From Octopus vulgaris (lineage: Eukaryota): DNA of 64,000 nt. The notes beneath the pieces are model-generated. The model ran no database searches. It worked only from the letters and a program-made list of their open reading frames with translations, and was not told the origin of the DNA. The DNA lies in NCBI GenBank assembly GCA_951406725.2, contig OX597842.1, positions 22,382,001 through 22,446,000 of the forward strand, given 5' to 3'. Every line of letters starts with the position of its first letter. Within the stretch, counting starts at the first letter, position 1. This document shows positions 23,836 through 37,310 of the stretch, piece after piece. A program made the position numbers and the translations under genes.

Positions 23836-24107
23836 CCCTTTTCTCCTAACCCTAACACAAACCCTAACCCCCCATATAAAAAAAACAAACACTTTCTTGA
23901 AATGTATCCGGTACTTATAACGAAGTTACGCCCAAATACTAATTGCAAATTTTTTTATGAAAAACGCTGTTTAAAAGTGAAAATGAGCGAATGTTTTGTC
24001 CGTTTCTGCATGCGTTGATTTATGGTGAAAAACAGCAAAAGGACTATGGCACGTGAAGCCCTCACCACGAAACTCGATATGCTAAAAATAACAGCTTAAT
24101 GCCTTTT

Positions 24108-24499
24108 TTACTCTTTTACATGTTTCAGTCATGCTGGAGCACCGCCTTTAATCAAGCAACTCGACCCCGGGACTTATTCTTTTGTAAGCCCAGTACTTAT
24201 TCTATCGGTCTCTTTTGCCGAACCACTAAGTGATGGGGACATAAACACACCAGCATCAGTTGTCAAGCAATGCTAGGGGGACAAACACAGACACACAAAC
24301 ACACACACTCATATATGTATATATACACATATATACGACAGGCTTCTTTCAGTTTCCGTCTACCAAATCCACTTACAAGGCATTCGTCGGCCTGAGGCTA
24401 CAGTAGAAGACACTTGCCCAAGGTGCCACGCAATGGGACTGAACCTGGAACCATGTGGTTGGTTAGCAAGCTCCTTACCACACAGCCACTCCTGCGCCT
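24108..24499 (-). mobile_element. SINE family A
   Basis: Family A consensus. Confidence 0.88.
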
Positions 24500-24946
24500 G
24501 GAGAATTTTTGTGTTTGTGTGTATGTGTTTGACTGAGGACTGGCCAGCCAGCAGGCTGCACCAGGCTCCAATCTGATCTGGAAAGGTTTCTACAGCTGGA
24601 TGCCCTTGCTAATGCCAACAACTCCCAGAGTGTAGTGGGTGCTTTTTACTTGCCTCTGGCATGGGAGCCAGTCAGGCTGCACTGTATATTACTTATACAT
24701 GTGTGTGTGTGTGTGTAGATTTATATACATATGATGAGCTTTTTAAAAAATTGTTTTTGTTTATTTTTCTAGCGCCTGTCTTTGAAAAAAGACATGGCGT
24801 TTATTCAGATTATGAAGAAAATTATTCAAGGTGACATTGAATATGTTGAAAAATTTATTCAAGAAAATAAAGTAAGTTAAATTTTCTGATGTTTTGTCAG
24901 AATTGATTATTTGTATATTATTTTATACTAAGTATTAAGAGTTCCT

Positions 24947-25276
24947 GTGAAGGCACATGGCTCTGTGGTTAGAGCATCGAGCTTACAATCTTGAGGTTGT
25001 GAGTTCGAATCCCGGACCGGGCTGTATGTTGCAAGACACTTTATTTCACGCTGCTCCATTTAACTCAGCTGTAGAAATGAGTTGCGACATCACAGTTGCC
25101 AAGCTGTATCGGCCCCTTTGTCTTTCCCTTGGATAACATCGGTTGTATGGAGAGGGGCAGCTGGTATACATGAGCGACTGCTGGCCTTCCATAAACAACC
25201 TTGGCTAGACTTGTACCTTGGAGGGTAACTTTCTAGGTGCAATCTCATGATCATTCATGACCGAAGGGGGTCTCCC
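24947..25276 (+). mobile_element. tRNA-derived SINE family E with 14-bp TSD
   Basis: A/B boxes TGGCTCTGTGGTTAGAG / GAGTTCGAATCCC; TSD TATTAAGAGTTCCT at 24933-24946 and 25277-25290. Confidence 0.88.
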
Positions 25277-26219
25277 TATTAAGAGTTCCTAGGAGAGCAA
25301 GCTGGTAGAATTGTTTGCACATTGAGCACATTTTGTTCATCTTTGTCCTGAGTTCAAATTCCACCAAGGTTAGCTTTGCATTTATCCTTTCAGGGTTGAT
25401 AAAATATATAACAATCAAGCTCTGGGGTCAATGTAATCTACTTGCTTCCTCCCCTGAAACTGCTGGCCTTGTGCCAAAATTTGAATCCAGTATTTGGGGT
25501 TCTTAATTAATTGCATATATTTGTCTGTGATATTTTATTTGTCTTCAAATCTTACCTCTTCATCATTATTAGTTTTTATAAATTGTTAATGAAACCTTGA
25601 GTCATGCCACAGTCGATGGAATGGGAGTGTGGAAGCTGGTCATCATATTCTGAGAGGAAATATTCAGTCAAAGAGATGAGAGCTAGATGGAACCAATAGA
25701 CAAGTTCCCCTGCCTCACACAGTTGAACGTTTTAAGAAATGTTCCATACTAAACATGAACCAATGACGAAATATATGGAATTCTAGCCTGGAGGGGGTTT
25801 TCGTATTAATTGTTTGGACTTTGTGAACACATACCAATTGTTTTTATAAGATTTTTAACGCTTTGAATTAAATGTGACCATTTTGCAAAGCCAGGCAATA
25901 CTGCTAGTTGTGTATATATTTTTTCATTGTGTTGTATGGCATACTGAAAGATGTCTTGTACTCTTCTATATTTTAACATTCATCGATTTTCTCGCAGCTC
26001 AACATAGACAAACTTTCCATTATAGTCGTGGCATGCTATCTAGCAGAACAAGGTACAAACTTCTATCATCGAAACAACACCAATGCCACACCACTTGATG
26101 TCTCTGAGGACACAAATTTAAAAGAGGAACTGAAAACATTTGTTTCAACTAGGTAAGTGATGTACTAAACCTTGCAAAATAAACCAGTGAGTTGTTGTGT
26201 CTTTTGTTTTTGTGCTTGA

Positions 26220-26743
26220 GAAAACCCAGCAAGCCAAATGAGACCATAACCTCATGGCCTATGCCAGGGGCAGAACCAGCCCACTTATGCGTACCTTTCC
26301 TTCTTTGGACACTAAACTCTGCTTGCGAAGACCTGTTGAGGCAAGTGAAATCGAAATCAAATTCGATGACTGGCATCTGTGCTAGTGGGGCGTAAAGAGC
26401 ACCATATTAGCATGATCCTTGACACAGCAGCTAACTGGCTTCCGTGTCAGTGGCACATAAAAGGCACCATTCAAGCGTGATCTTACCAGTGTCGCCTTAT
26501 TGGCACATGTAAAAACATTCGAGCGAGGTTGTTGCCAGTACCACCTGACTGGCGCCTGTGCCGGTGGCACGTAAAAGCACCCACTACACTCTCGGATTGG
26601 TTGGCGTTTGGAAGGGCATCCAGCTGTAGGAACTCTGCCAGATCAAGACTGGAGCCTGGTGCAGCCATCTGGTTTGCCAGCCCTCAGTCAAATCGTCCAA
26701 CCCATGCTAGCATAGAAAGCGGACGTTAAACGATGATGATGAT
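26220..26743 (+). mobile_element. SINE-like family D copy (longer 5' end)
   Basis: Family D repeats and GCGGACGTTAAACGATGATGATG tail. Confidence 0.78.
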
Positions 26744-26959
26744 GCTTATTGTCACTTGTGCCAATACATTTGTTACTGCTAATACTTCTTTCCATAACTC
26801 TACTGATTAAAGAAGGAACTGTGTTGGTATCTTGATTAAATAGAGGTCAGTCTGTGTATGTTGCTCCCGTATTACCTTTAATGATCCATTTCCCTGATTA
26901 ACATTGGAAGAGTGAAGAAATGCTGATAAATCAAGAGTCATCCATACAAGAAACAACAG

Positions 26960-27680
26960 TTAACCCTTTTGATACAAATCCGGCTGTTCTCTGGCTCTGA
27001 GAACAAATGTCTTGTTTTCATAAGTTTTGAATTAAAGTCTTCCACCAAATCTTAATCACAATTTATGTTCCTAACACTAGCTTAATGATAACTAAGTTAT
27101 TTTACTAAATTCTTTGTCAAATAAAATTGAAAGAAACAGAGCATCGCGACAGAAATATGGTAACAAAAGGCTTAAAATATATAATAGAGAAACAATTCTT
27201 AACCCTTTTGTTACCAACCTGGCTGAAACCAGCTCTGGCTCTGAGTACAAATGTCTTGTTTTCATAAGTTTTGAATTCAAATCTTCCACCAAACCTTACT
27301 CATAATTTATGTTCCTAACACTAGCTGAATGATAACTAAGTTATTTTACTAAATCCTTTGTTATATTTAAACTAATTGAAAGAAACACAGAACATCTTAA
27401 CAGAAATATGGTAACAAAAAGGCTTAAAAATATATAATAGAGAAACAATTCTTAACCCTTTTGTTACCAACCTGGCTGAAACCAGCTCTGGCTCTGAGTA
27501 CAAATGCCTTGTTTTCATAAGTTTTGAATTAAAATCTTCCCACCAAACATCAATCACAATTTATGTTCCTAACACTAGCTGAATGATAACTAAGTTATTT
27601 TACTAAATTCTTTGTTATATTTAAAGCAATTGAAAGAAACAGAGAACATCCCAAAATAAATACAGTAACGAAAGGATTAA
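26960..27680. mobile_element. piggyBac-like MITE trimer (three TTAA-CCC...GG-TTAA units with a constant spacer)
   Basis: Units start TTAACCCTTTTG at 26960, 27199 and 27452; spacer AATATATAATAGAGAAACAATTC. Confidence 0.8.
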
Positions 27681-28035
27681 AATAAGGGATTGACAAAATC
27701 TAAGAGGGAACAGTAATGATGGTACAAGTTGTTGTCCATCAAGCTTTAAGAAACAACGGAGCTAGCTTAATCTTTAATCACTGGATCACAAATCTATTTA
27801 TAAATTACAACATTTCAATGAGATCTACACAGAATCACATCTCCTCAAGTAATTATCAAAACCCCTGTTAATCATTATAGATCATCTTATTTCACTATTT
27901 GATTTGGATTACCTTTGTAGAATCTCTTTATTACTCTTTTACTCTTTTTGTTTCTGTCATATGACTGTGGCCATGCTGGAGCACCGCCTTTGGTCAACTT
28001 GCGCCGCAGGGTCTTGGAGGAGATAGTGTTAGTTG

Positions 28036-28248
28036 AAGGTGGCAAGCGGGCGAAATGCGTGGCCGTATTTCGTCTGCCGCTACGTTCTGAGTTCAAATTC
28101 CGCCGAGGTCGACTTTGCCTTTCATCCTTTCGGGTCGATTAAATAAGTACCAGTTATGCACTGGGGTCGATGTAATCAACTTAATCCGTTTGTCTGTCCT
28201 TGTTGGTCCCTTCTATGTTTAGCCCCTTGTGGATAGTAAAGAAATAAG
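28036..28248 (+). mobile_element. SINE family B
   Basis: Family B consensus flanked by repeated AGTGTTAGTTGAAGG. Confidence 0.85.
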
Positions 28249-28519
28249 TGTTAGTTGAAGGCTACCAAACCTGACACACACAGACGACTTCAGCTTTTTG
28301 TATATATAGATTTCATCCCTAAGCAAGCATGTAATCGAGCCTAAATGGTTGAGTGTGTATGCATGGTCAAGAAGTTAAAGAGTTTGCTTCAGAATCCTGA
28401 AGGTCCTGGTTCAATTTTTAAAATACACTACATAAAATAGAGCAAGAGACAGTCTTCAGGAAAGTTGGGATAAAAAGTGTTAAAGTTCTACTTTTTTATC
28501 GCTTTTTCTAAAGAACATT

Positions 28520-28927
28520 TACTCTTACTCTTTACTATTTTTACTTGTTTCAGTCATTTGACTGCGGCCATGCTGGAGCACCGCCTTTAATCGAGCAACT
28601 CGACACCGGGACTTATTCTTTTGTAAGCCCAGTACTTATTCTATCGGGCTCTTTTGCCGAACCGCTAAATAACGGGGACATAAACACACCAGCATCGGTT
28701 GTCAAGCTATGCTAGGGGGACAAACACAGACACAAACACACACACGCATATATATATATATATACATATATACGACGGGCTTCTTTCAGTTTCCACCTAC
28801 CAAATCCACTCACAAGGCATTGGTCAGCCCGGGGCTATAGCAGAAGACACTTGCCCAAGGTGCCACGCAGTAGGACTGAACCCGGAACCATGTGGTTGGT
28901 AAACAAGCTACTTACCACACAACCACT
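28520..28927 (-). mobile_element. SINE family A
   Basis: Family A consensus. Confidence 0.88.
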
Positions 28928-29336
28928 TGACTAATTTTTTTGTGAATTGTCTGATTCTAATATTTCTAATAAAATATACAGACACGGAATTGTATATTTC
29001 TCATTTCAGATGGATCCCAAGTTAATGTCATAGATTCCTGTCAGGTTCCCAGAGATGAATTTATGAGATTACAACTCAGAGAATAAACCAAATGTACAAT
29101 ATGTCAGCAGAGACGTTGGAACATAGTCTTTGAATGTGGCCACGCCTCATGTAAAGAATGTGGAGAACAACTCAGTTATTGCCACATGTGTTGGTAACCT
29201 TTGAACAAAAGGATTGTTATACATTGACCATCTTTATTCTGGTTTTCTCTTTGCTTTATTGCTCGCCAATCTGAGAACTACCCCTGATCACATTAACCAG
29301 ACAGCCACGTCCACTCTGTATGAGTTGGAACTTTAA

Positions 29337-29919
29337 CCCCTTACCCAATAATTATTTTGAAAATAAATGTATTTTTTCAGACATATTTTTTAATTGTTTT
29401 ATTTTACCATGTTTTGAATGGTGATTTCGAGGTATATTTCAAACCTTATTTATTATGAATTTTAATTCAATAATATTGATTTTAAATTACCGCTGTGGGC
29501 AGAAACGAGTTAACCGGTTTTTTTCATAAATCATATTACTTTTACAAAAAATCATGTTATTTTATTTGGTTATCGACATGGTGGGGTTATAATATAAAGG
29601 TATAAAAAAAACAACGTAAAAACAAAGTGAATACTTCTATTCATAAAATGTGCCTTCCAACCCTTCGACTGTCTCCAGGTGACTAAATCATACTCGGTCT
29701 TCAATGCCTTACTCAAGTGAAAGGTGGCAGAAATCGTCACTGCCAGACGTATAAAGTGAGCGAATATACTCGTATATGTCAAAAACGAGTTTATAATAGA
29801 CAAAGGAACTCGTTTGCTGTCGATTTTGGTGAGTCTATTTTTTGACAAGTTAACTCGCCAGAGATAGAAAAAAACGATTTTGGTCAAAACGCATATATTC
29901 GTTTCTGCCGGGTAAGGGG
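29337..29919. mobile_element. piggyBac-like non-autonomous element
   Basis: TTAA-CCCCTTACCC ... GGGTAAGGGG-TTAA (TTAA at 29333-29336 and 29920-29923). Confidence 0.78.
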
Positions 29920-30108
29920 TTAACACGTTTCTGAACATTTTTACCAAACAAGAGAAACCTAAGAATATTTTAACAATATCATGAAGATTAATAAACCATT
30001 TGTGCATTTGTATCCTGTTCTTTTATAGCATGCACAAATGTGTGTGCTATAAAAATCACAAATAATGAGCAAAATTTGAAGCAGGTCTCTTTTTTTATTT
30101 TTCGTTTG

Positions 30109-30602
30109 AAAATCAAAATCGAAATCGATCAACATCAATGGAAATTGTAGCTGTGATACCAGTGCCGGTGGCACATAAGAGGACCATCCAAACGTGGCTG
30201 TTGCCAGCACTGCCCCAACTGGCCTCCGTGCCGGTGGCACGTAAAAAGCACCATCCGATCGTGGCCGTTTGCCAGCCTCGTCTGGCACCTGTGCAGGTGT
30301 CATGTAAAAAGCACCATCTGATTGGGGCCGTTTGCCAGCCTCGTCTGGCACCTGTGCAGGTGGCACGTAAAAAGCACCATCTGATTGGGGCCGTTTGCCA
30401 GCCTCGTCTGGCACCTGTGCAGGTGGAACGTAAAAAGCACCCACAACACTCACGGATTGGTTGGCGATAGGAAGGGCATCCAGCTGTAGAAACACTGCCA
30501 GATCGAACTGGAGCCTGGCGCAGCCTTCTGGCTTCCCAGATCCCGGTCGAACCGTCCAACCCATGCTAGCATGGAAAACGGACGTTAAACGATGATGATG
30601 AT
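30109..30602 (+). mobile_element. SINE-like family D copy with expanded internal tandem repeat
   Basis: Three tandem CCGTTTGCCAGCCTCGTCTGGCACCTGTGCAGGTG units; (GAT)n tail. Confidence 0.82.
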
Positions 30603-30693
30603 CGTAATGATGCAGTTTCCCTCCTGTGAATATGTCAGTTTAGGTTCATGTAACTACTACAAGATAAATTTACCACAGATGTACGATTTAGTG

Positions 30694-30921
30694 TACTCTC
30701 TTTACTCTTTTACTTGTTTCAGTCATTTGACTGCGGCCATGCTGGAGCACCACCTTTAATCGAGCAACTCGACCCCGGGACTTATTTTTTTGTAAGCCCA
30801 GTACTTATTCTATCGGTCTCTTTTGCCAAACCACTAAGTAACGGGGACATAAACACACCAGCATCGATTGTCAAGCAATGCTAGGGGGACAAACACAGAA
30901 ACACAAACACACACACTCATA

Positions 30922-30954
<33 letters not shown>

Positions 30955-31131
30955 ATATATATATATATACGACGGGCTACTTTTCAGTTTCCGTCTACCA
31001 AATCCACTCACAAGGCTTTGGTCGGCCCGAGGCAATAGTAGAAGACACTTGCCCAAGGTTCCACGCAGTGGGACTGGACCCGGAACCATGTGGTTGGTAA
31101 ACAAGCTACTTACCACACAGCCATGCCTGCG
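30694..31131 (-). mobile_element. SINE family A
   Basis: Family A consensus. Confidence 0.88.
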
Positions 31132-31139
31132 TACTGAAT

Positions 31140-32220
<1,081 letters not shown>

Positions 32221-32527
32221 TTTCCTTAGACATTAAATAAGTACCAGTTACGCACTGGAGTCGATATAATCGACTTAATCCATTTGTCTGTCCTTGTTTG
32301 TCCTCTTTGTGTTTAGCCCCTTGTGGGTAGTAAAGAAATAGGTATTACGAATCATTCCTCTTGCTGGGGGGGAATTGTACTACACCTATCAGATATAGCT
32401 GATATAAAATACTCACAAATATCCATTGATTTTGTATCATAAATAAAAATTTTAGAATCTTAACACACTTAACAATTCGACATTTTAAGCAAGATTTCAA
32501 AAAATAAAATAGATTTTATTCTTGTTA

Positions 32528-32710
32528 TCGTGACGTGTATTTGCCATTTAAATATGGCTAACCCCTAATAGGGGGGTGCTACTGTAGTTTGTAGCCCCAG
32601 GAGGACGCCTCCTCCAGCTGGCTTTAGAGGTGTCCTCCTGGGGCTACAAACTACAGTAGCATCCACCCTTAGGGATTAGCCATATTTAAATGGCAAATAT
32701 ACGTCACGAT
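32528..32710. mobile_element. Penelope-like terminal repeat in inverted arrangement
   Basis: TCGTGACGTGTATTTGCCATTTAAATATGGCTAA...CCCCAGGAGGAC versus GTCCTCCTGGGG...TTAGCCATATTTAAATGGCAAATATACGTCACGA; homologous to the 3308 and 21228 copies. Confidence 0.7.
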
Positions 32711-33231
32711 GTGTTGCAGCTACTTTTCATAACTCGCTCTAAGATTTATTATTCTTGTTACGTCTGTGCAGAAATAAAGTACGTTTCGCCATTTCTAATT
32801 CCGAGTCAGTTTTTTTAATTGCTATTTTATTTCCTGTGGAATCGCACCTTCGTTATAAATTACACTGAATTAAATGTTACAGCAGGTAAGATATGATGCA
32901 TACTTTTAGTAAAGATCGTTAAGGTGATCTTAAGTGTAAGTTTTTAATTGTCTGAATTACTAAATATTTAAACATAGACTTAACACTATCACTTGTTCGT
33001 TATGGATACGTACACTATGTTTGTTATTGCATATATGCATGTGTGCTCTACGATTGAATCTTGCCAATACCCACAAATACCTCATAAATCCTCCTTTGTT
33101 TTTATTTCGTTTTTTAGACGTTATAGTGTACTTTACGGAAGATTTGGCTGTGGTTGTTGTTTCTAGCAGTTCGGAAAATCATGTAAAGGTTTCGTCTTTG
33201 CTGATTTCCATGACAACAGACAGTTCCGAAC

Positions 33232-34076
33232 GGTTAATATAGGGCGTTACGTCTATCAGAAAATCAAAAAAAAAAATGTGTGTAATAGGTGTAAAACAAC
33301 TTCCTATGAACGAATAGGAAAAAAAAAAAATTCGCGCACGCGAAAGGGGGGTGGGGGAGAGGCCTCAGAAAATTCACATCGGGAAGTTCCGAAAGCGTCT
33401 GAGGGGCTGACCCGGGCACCAAAACAAAAAAAAAATAGTGTAATATGTGTAAAACAACTTGCTCTAAACGAATATGACAAAAAATGACAAACGAATATGA
33501 CAAAAAATGTACAAAAATACGGAGTTTATGATTCATGTGTGAGTGTGTGTTCTTGATACTCGTTTAGAACAAGTACTTTTACACCAATTACACTATTTTT
33601 TCTTAGTTTAAAGGCCGTGGACTGAAGATGTGAAATTTCCGAAGCCTCTCCCCCACCCCCTTTCGCGAGCGCGCATTTTTTCCATGATAGTTGTTTAGAG
33701 CAAGTTGTTTTACACCTATTACGCTGTTTTTGTTTTTGTTTTTGTGCCCGGTTCAGACGCTTTCGGAAATTCCCGATATAAATTTTCCGAGGCCTCTCCC
33801 CCACCCCTCTTTCGCGAGAGCGCATTTTTTTTGTCATATTCGTTTAGAGCAAGTTGTTTTACACATATTACACTATTTTTTTTTGTTTTGGTGCCCGGGT
33901 CAGCCCCTCAGACGCTTTCGGAACTTCCCGATGTGAATTTTCCGAAGCCTCTCTCCCACCCCCCTTTCGCGAGAGCGCATTTTTTTTGTCATATTCGTTC
34001 ATAGGAAGTTGTTTTACACCTATTACACACATTTTTTTTTTTGATTTTCTGATAATCGTAACGCCCTATATTAACC
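33232..34076. mobile_element. Foldback MITE, ~250-bp TIRs starting GG, 8-bp TSD
   Basis: TSD TTCCGAAC at 33224-33231 and 34077-34084; TIR GGTTAATATAGGGCGTTACG / CGTAACGCCCTATATTAACC; ~155-bp subrepeats inside. Confidence 0.9.
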
Positions 34077-34440
34077 TTCCGAACTACATTCTTTTATTCT
34101 TTCACTTGTTTCAGTCATTTGACTGCGGCCATGCTGGAGCACCGCCTTTAATCGAGCAACTCGACCCCGGGACTTATTCTTTTGTAAGCCTATTACTTAT
34201 TCTATCGGTCTCTTCTGTATAAATGTATTCTATTGGCTAAAATTACATAAATTTAAATGCTTGTGTTAATTATTATTATTATTAATTTGTAGAAAAAGAA
34301 AAGGCAGCTTGCTGGCAGAATCATTATCACGCCGTCTTACTGTTCTGAGTTCAAAATCTGCCGAGGTCGACTTCGCCTTTCATCCATCCGTTCAGTGTCT
34401 CTAAATCGGTCAAACTCCAGCAAAAAAAAAAAAAAAATAC

Positions 34441-34870
34441 GGCGATCTTTCGTCTCTAGTAGACATTTCCGTTGATTTCCGTAAATTTTTTTTTTCATAT
34501 ATATGGGCTTGCGGGAACTTTTGAAGTAATATACATACATATACACATACACCGAGTAAAAAATTTCAGTTATCTCTCTCTTTCACACATTACTCTCTCT
34601 GTCTCTTCACACACACTAACAAAAGCACTTCACTTACACAACATACTGTCTGTCTCCCACACCCCATCAAACACACACACGCACGCACACACACATGTCC
34701 ATCAATGCTCACATGCACGGTAACTTCAAAAGAACTTCCCTCGTCATACAATCGCTTTCTCTTAGTCTCTTTCGCTCTCATTACTTCAAAAGTTCCCGCA
34801 AGCCCATATGTAAAAAAAAAAAAATTTTACGGAAATCGACGGAAAGGTCTACTAGAGACGAAAGATTGAC
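34441..34870. mobile_element. MITE with ~90-bp TIRs (GGCGATCTTTCGTCTCTAGTAGAC)
   Basis: Inverted ends; near-identical copy in opposite orientation at 56006-56432. Confidence 0.88.
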
Positions 34871-35627
34871 AAAAAGGCAATAGGTGTAAAACAACATGTA
34901 GTAAAAGAATATGAAAAAAAAATGCGCGATGGCGAAGAGGGTGCGGGGGAAAGGACTCGGAAAAATATTTTTGCTGAATTTGAACGGTCTTTTATGCATG
35001 TTTATCTAGAGCTGTGGTTTTCAACCATTTCCTGCTATGGACCTCTTTTGGTTAGTATTTTATTTTGATGGACCCCGATTGCCATTCAATGTTTAAAAAC
35101 TCGTTTTATAGAAACTTCTTTCAAAATTCCTATTTTGTTTTTTACACATTAACTTGTGTAAGGTGAACTACATAAAATTTTAGATGATTAATTTTTAAAA
35201 TATGGATTACGTTTGATAAATTATAATTCATTTCTGTAGGAATATACTGAAATTTTCACTGTTTTTTCTCTTATTTTAAGATTTTTCTGTATTTTACATT
35301 TCAGATCAGATTATCAGAAAGGAATTGTTTACCTCTGTAACATCATCAACACCAGTTGTCTTTTAATGGCTAAAGAAAAATGTAATGGAACATATATAAC
35401 ACTTTACATAAGTCTACAGTGAATTAGGGTGAAATATTTCTTTTCAACTGGAATTTATATCAAGATATTTCTTATAAAACTTGGACAAATTTTCAAAGGA
35501 GTTTGCAGTATTTTCAGATATTGAGAAAGATTGCCAATGTTGGAAATATAGCAGAAGAAATATTAGAATCAAATATAACAACAAAAAGTAGAACATATAT
35601 ATTTATTGTGGTGAGAGAATATGAACA

Positions 35628-37067
35628 ATGGAGAATGAATTATTAGTGACCAAGGTTAGATTTAAATCACAGTTTAAAAGTATTGAATTTCCTGATGATA
35701 TAAAGAAAGAGAACACAAAGAGAGAAAGCTTATATCACTGTGATGTCTGTGGTAAGTCATTCTATAAGAAGTCCAATCTCACAACTCACAAATACATTCA
35801 TACAGGAGAAAAACCATATCGTTGTGATGTCTGTGGTAAATCATTCTCTCAAAATGTTCACTTAATTGGACACAAATACATTCATACAGGAGAGAAACCA
35901 TATCACTGTGATATCTGTGGGAAATCGTTTTCTCAAAGGTCTAGTTTAACTAATCACTTATATATTCACACAGGATTAAAACCATATCAGTGTGATATCT
36001 GTGGTAAAGCATTCTCTCAAAAGGAACACTTAACCAAACATAAACGTATCCATACAGGAGAAAAACCATATCAGTGTGATATCTGCAGCAAATCATTCTC
36101 TCAAAGATCTAGATTAACAAACCACTTACTAACACACACAGGAGTTAAACCATATCACTGTGATATCTGTGGTAAATCTTTTTCTCAAAATGAGCACTTG
36201 ACTAAACATAGACGTATTCATACAGGAGAAAAACCATATCAGTGTGATATCTGCAGTAAATCATTTTCTCAAAGATCTAGCTTAACTAACCACATGCATA
36301 TTCATACAGGAGGAAAACCATATCATTGTGATATCTGCGGTAAAACCTTCTCTCAGAATGAACAGCTGACCAAACATAAACGTATTCATACAGGAGAGAA
36401 ACCATATCATTGTGATATCTGCGGTAAAACCTTCTCTCAGAATGAACAGCTGACCAAACATAAACGTATTCATACAGGAGAGAAATCATATCAGTGTGAT
36501 ATCTGTGGTAAATCATTCTCTGAAAGTGGTTATTTAACTTCTCATAAACGAATTCATACAGGAGACAGACCGTATCAATGTGATATCTGTGGGAAATCAG
36601 TCTCTCAGACAAGTGAATTAACTAAACACAAACGTGTTCATACTGGAGAAAAACCATATTGCTGTGATATCTGTGGTAAATCATTCTCTGTAAGTACTGC
36701 CTTGACTAGACACAGACGTATTCATACAGGAGAGAAGCCATATCACTGTGATATCTGCAGTAAATCATTTTGCCAGAGTGGTGAATTAACTAAACACAAA
36801 CGTGTTCATACTGGAGAAAAACCATATTGCTGTGATATCTGTGGTAAATCTTTCTCTCAAGTAAACAGCTTAACTACACACAAACGTATTCACACAGGAG
36901 AAAAGCCATATCACTGTGATATCTGTGGTAAATCATTCCCTCAAAGAAATAACTTGACTATACACAAACGTATTCACACAGGAGAAAAGCCATATCACTG
37001 TGATATCTGTGGTAAATCATTTTCTTCAGGAAATCCTTTAAATATTCACAAACGCATACATATGTGA
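35628..37067 (+). CDS. C2H2 zinc-finger protein, 16 tandem fingers, no KRAB/BTB-type effector domain visible
   Basis: 479-aa ORF with a 36-aa leader and 16 canonical 28-aa fingers. Splice acceptor TTTTACATTTCAG ends at 35304; a degenerate finger follows the stop. Confidence 0.95.
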   Translation: MENELLVTKVRFKSQFKSIEFPDDIKKENTKRESLYHCDVCGKSFYKKSNLTTHKYIHTGEKPYRCDVCGKSFSQNVHLIGHKYIHTGEKPYHCDICGKSFSQRSSLTNHLYIHTGLKPYQCDICGKAFSQKEHLTKHKRIHTGEKPYQCDICSKSFSQRSRLTNHLLTHTGVKPYHCDICGKSFSQNEHLTKHRRIHTGEKPYQCDICSKSFSQRSSLTNHMHIHTGGKPYHCDICGKTFSQNEQLTKHKRIHTGEKPYHCDICGKTFSQNEQLTKHKRIHTGEKSYQCDICGKSFSESGYLTSHKRIHTGDRPYQCDICGKSVSQTSELTKHKRVHTGEKPYCCDICGKSFSVSTALTRHRRIHTGEKPYHCDICSKSFCQSGELTKHKRVHTGEKPYCCDICGKSFSQVNSLTTHKRIHTGEKPYHCDICGKSFPQRNNLTIHKRIHTGEKPYHCDICGKSFSSGNPLNIHKRIHM

Positions 37068-37310
37068 GGAAGACCATGTTGCTGTGATATCATTGGCAAA
37101 TGATTCTCTTCAAGAAGTCACTCAACTACACACATTTTTATTCCGATGAAAAAGTAATTGTTTTAACATTGACCCTTTAGCATTCGAGCCTGCTGTATCA
37201 GGCCAAAATATTTAACCAATTTTATGTGAAACTGGCCAGATCTGGCTTCTAACTAAACCCCTTCAATGTCATTCTAAATGTAAACAATCACATCATCAAA
37301 ATCCCAACAA

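Larger units (their letters stand above)
24773..29227 (+). pseudogene. Mind-bomb (MIB2-like) ankyrin-RING E3 ligase remnant; three exons: 24773-24871, 25998-26152, 29010-29227
   Basis: The exons have AG acceptors (the first two also GT donors) and translate to MAFIQIMKKIIQGDIEYVEKFIQENK; LNIDKLSIIVVACYLAEQGTNFYHRNNTNATPLDVSEDTNLKEEL (ankyrin TPLD); and ...LRE*TKCTICQQRRWNIVFECGHASCKECGEQLSYCHMCW*PLNKRIVIH* (C-terminal RING-HC of Mind-bomb type with two in-frame stops). Confidence 0.75.

Noticed and set aside
26960-27680. Repeat-spacer pattern resembling CRISPR
   Set aside because: The spacer is constant and the repeats are ~220-bp TTAA-bounded MITEs.
29959-30564. 201-aa ORF with repeated GAFYVPPAQVPDEAGKRP
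   Set aside because: Antisense translation of the family D internal tandem repeat; similar ORFs arise at every copy.
36282-36612. Antisense ORFs over ZNF genes (also 11995-12798 and 45456-46034)
   Set aside because: By-products of the 84-bp finger periodicity, with no independent coding signal.
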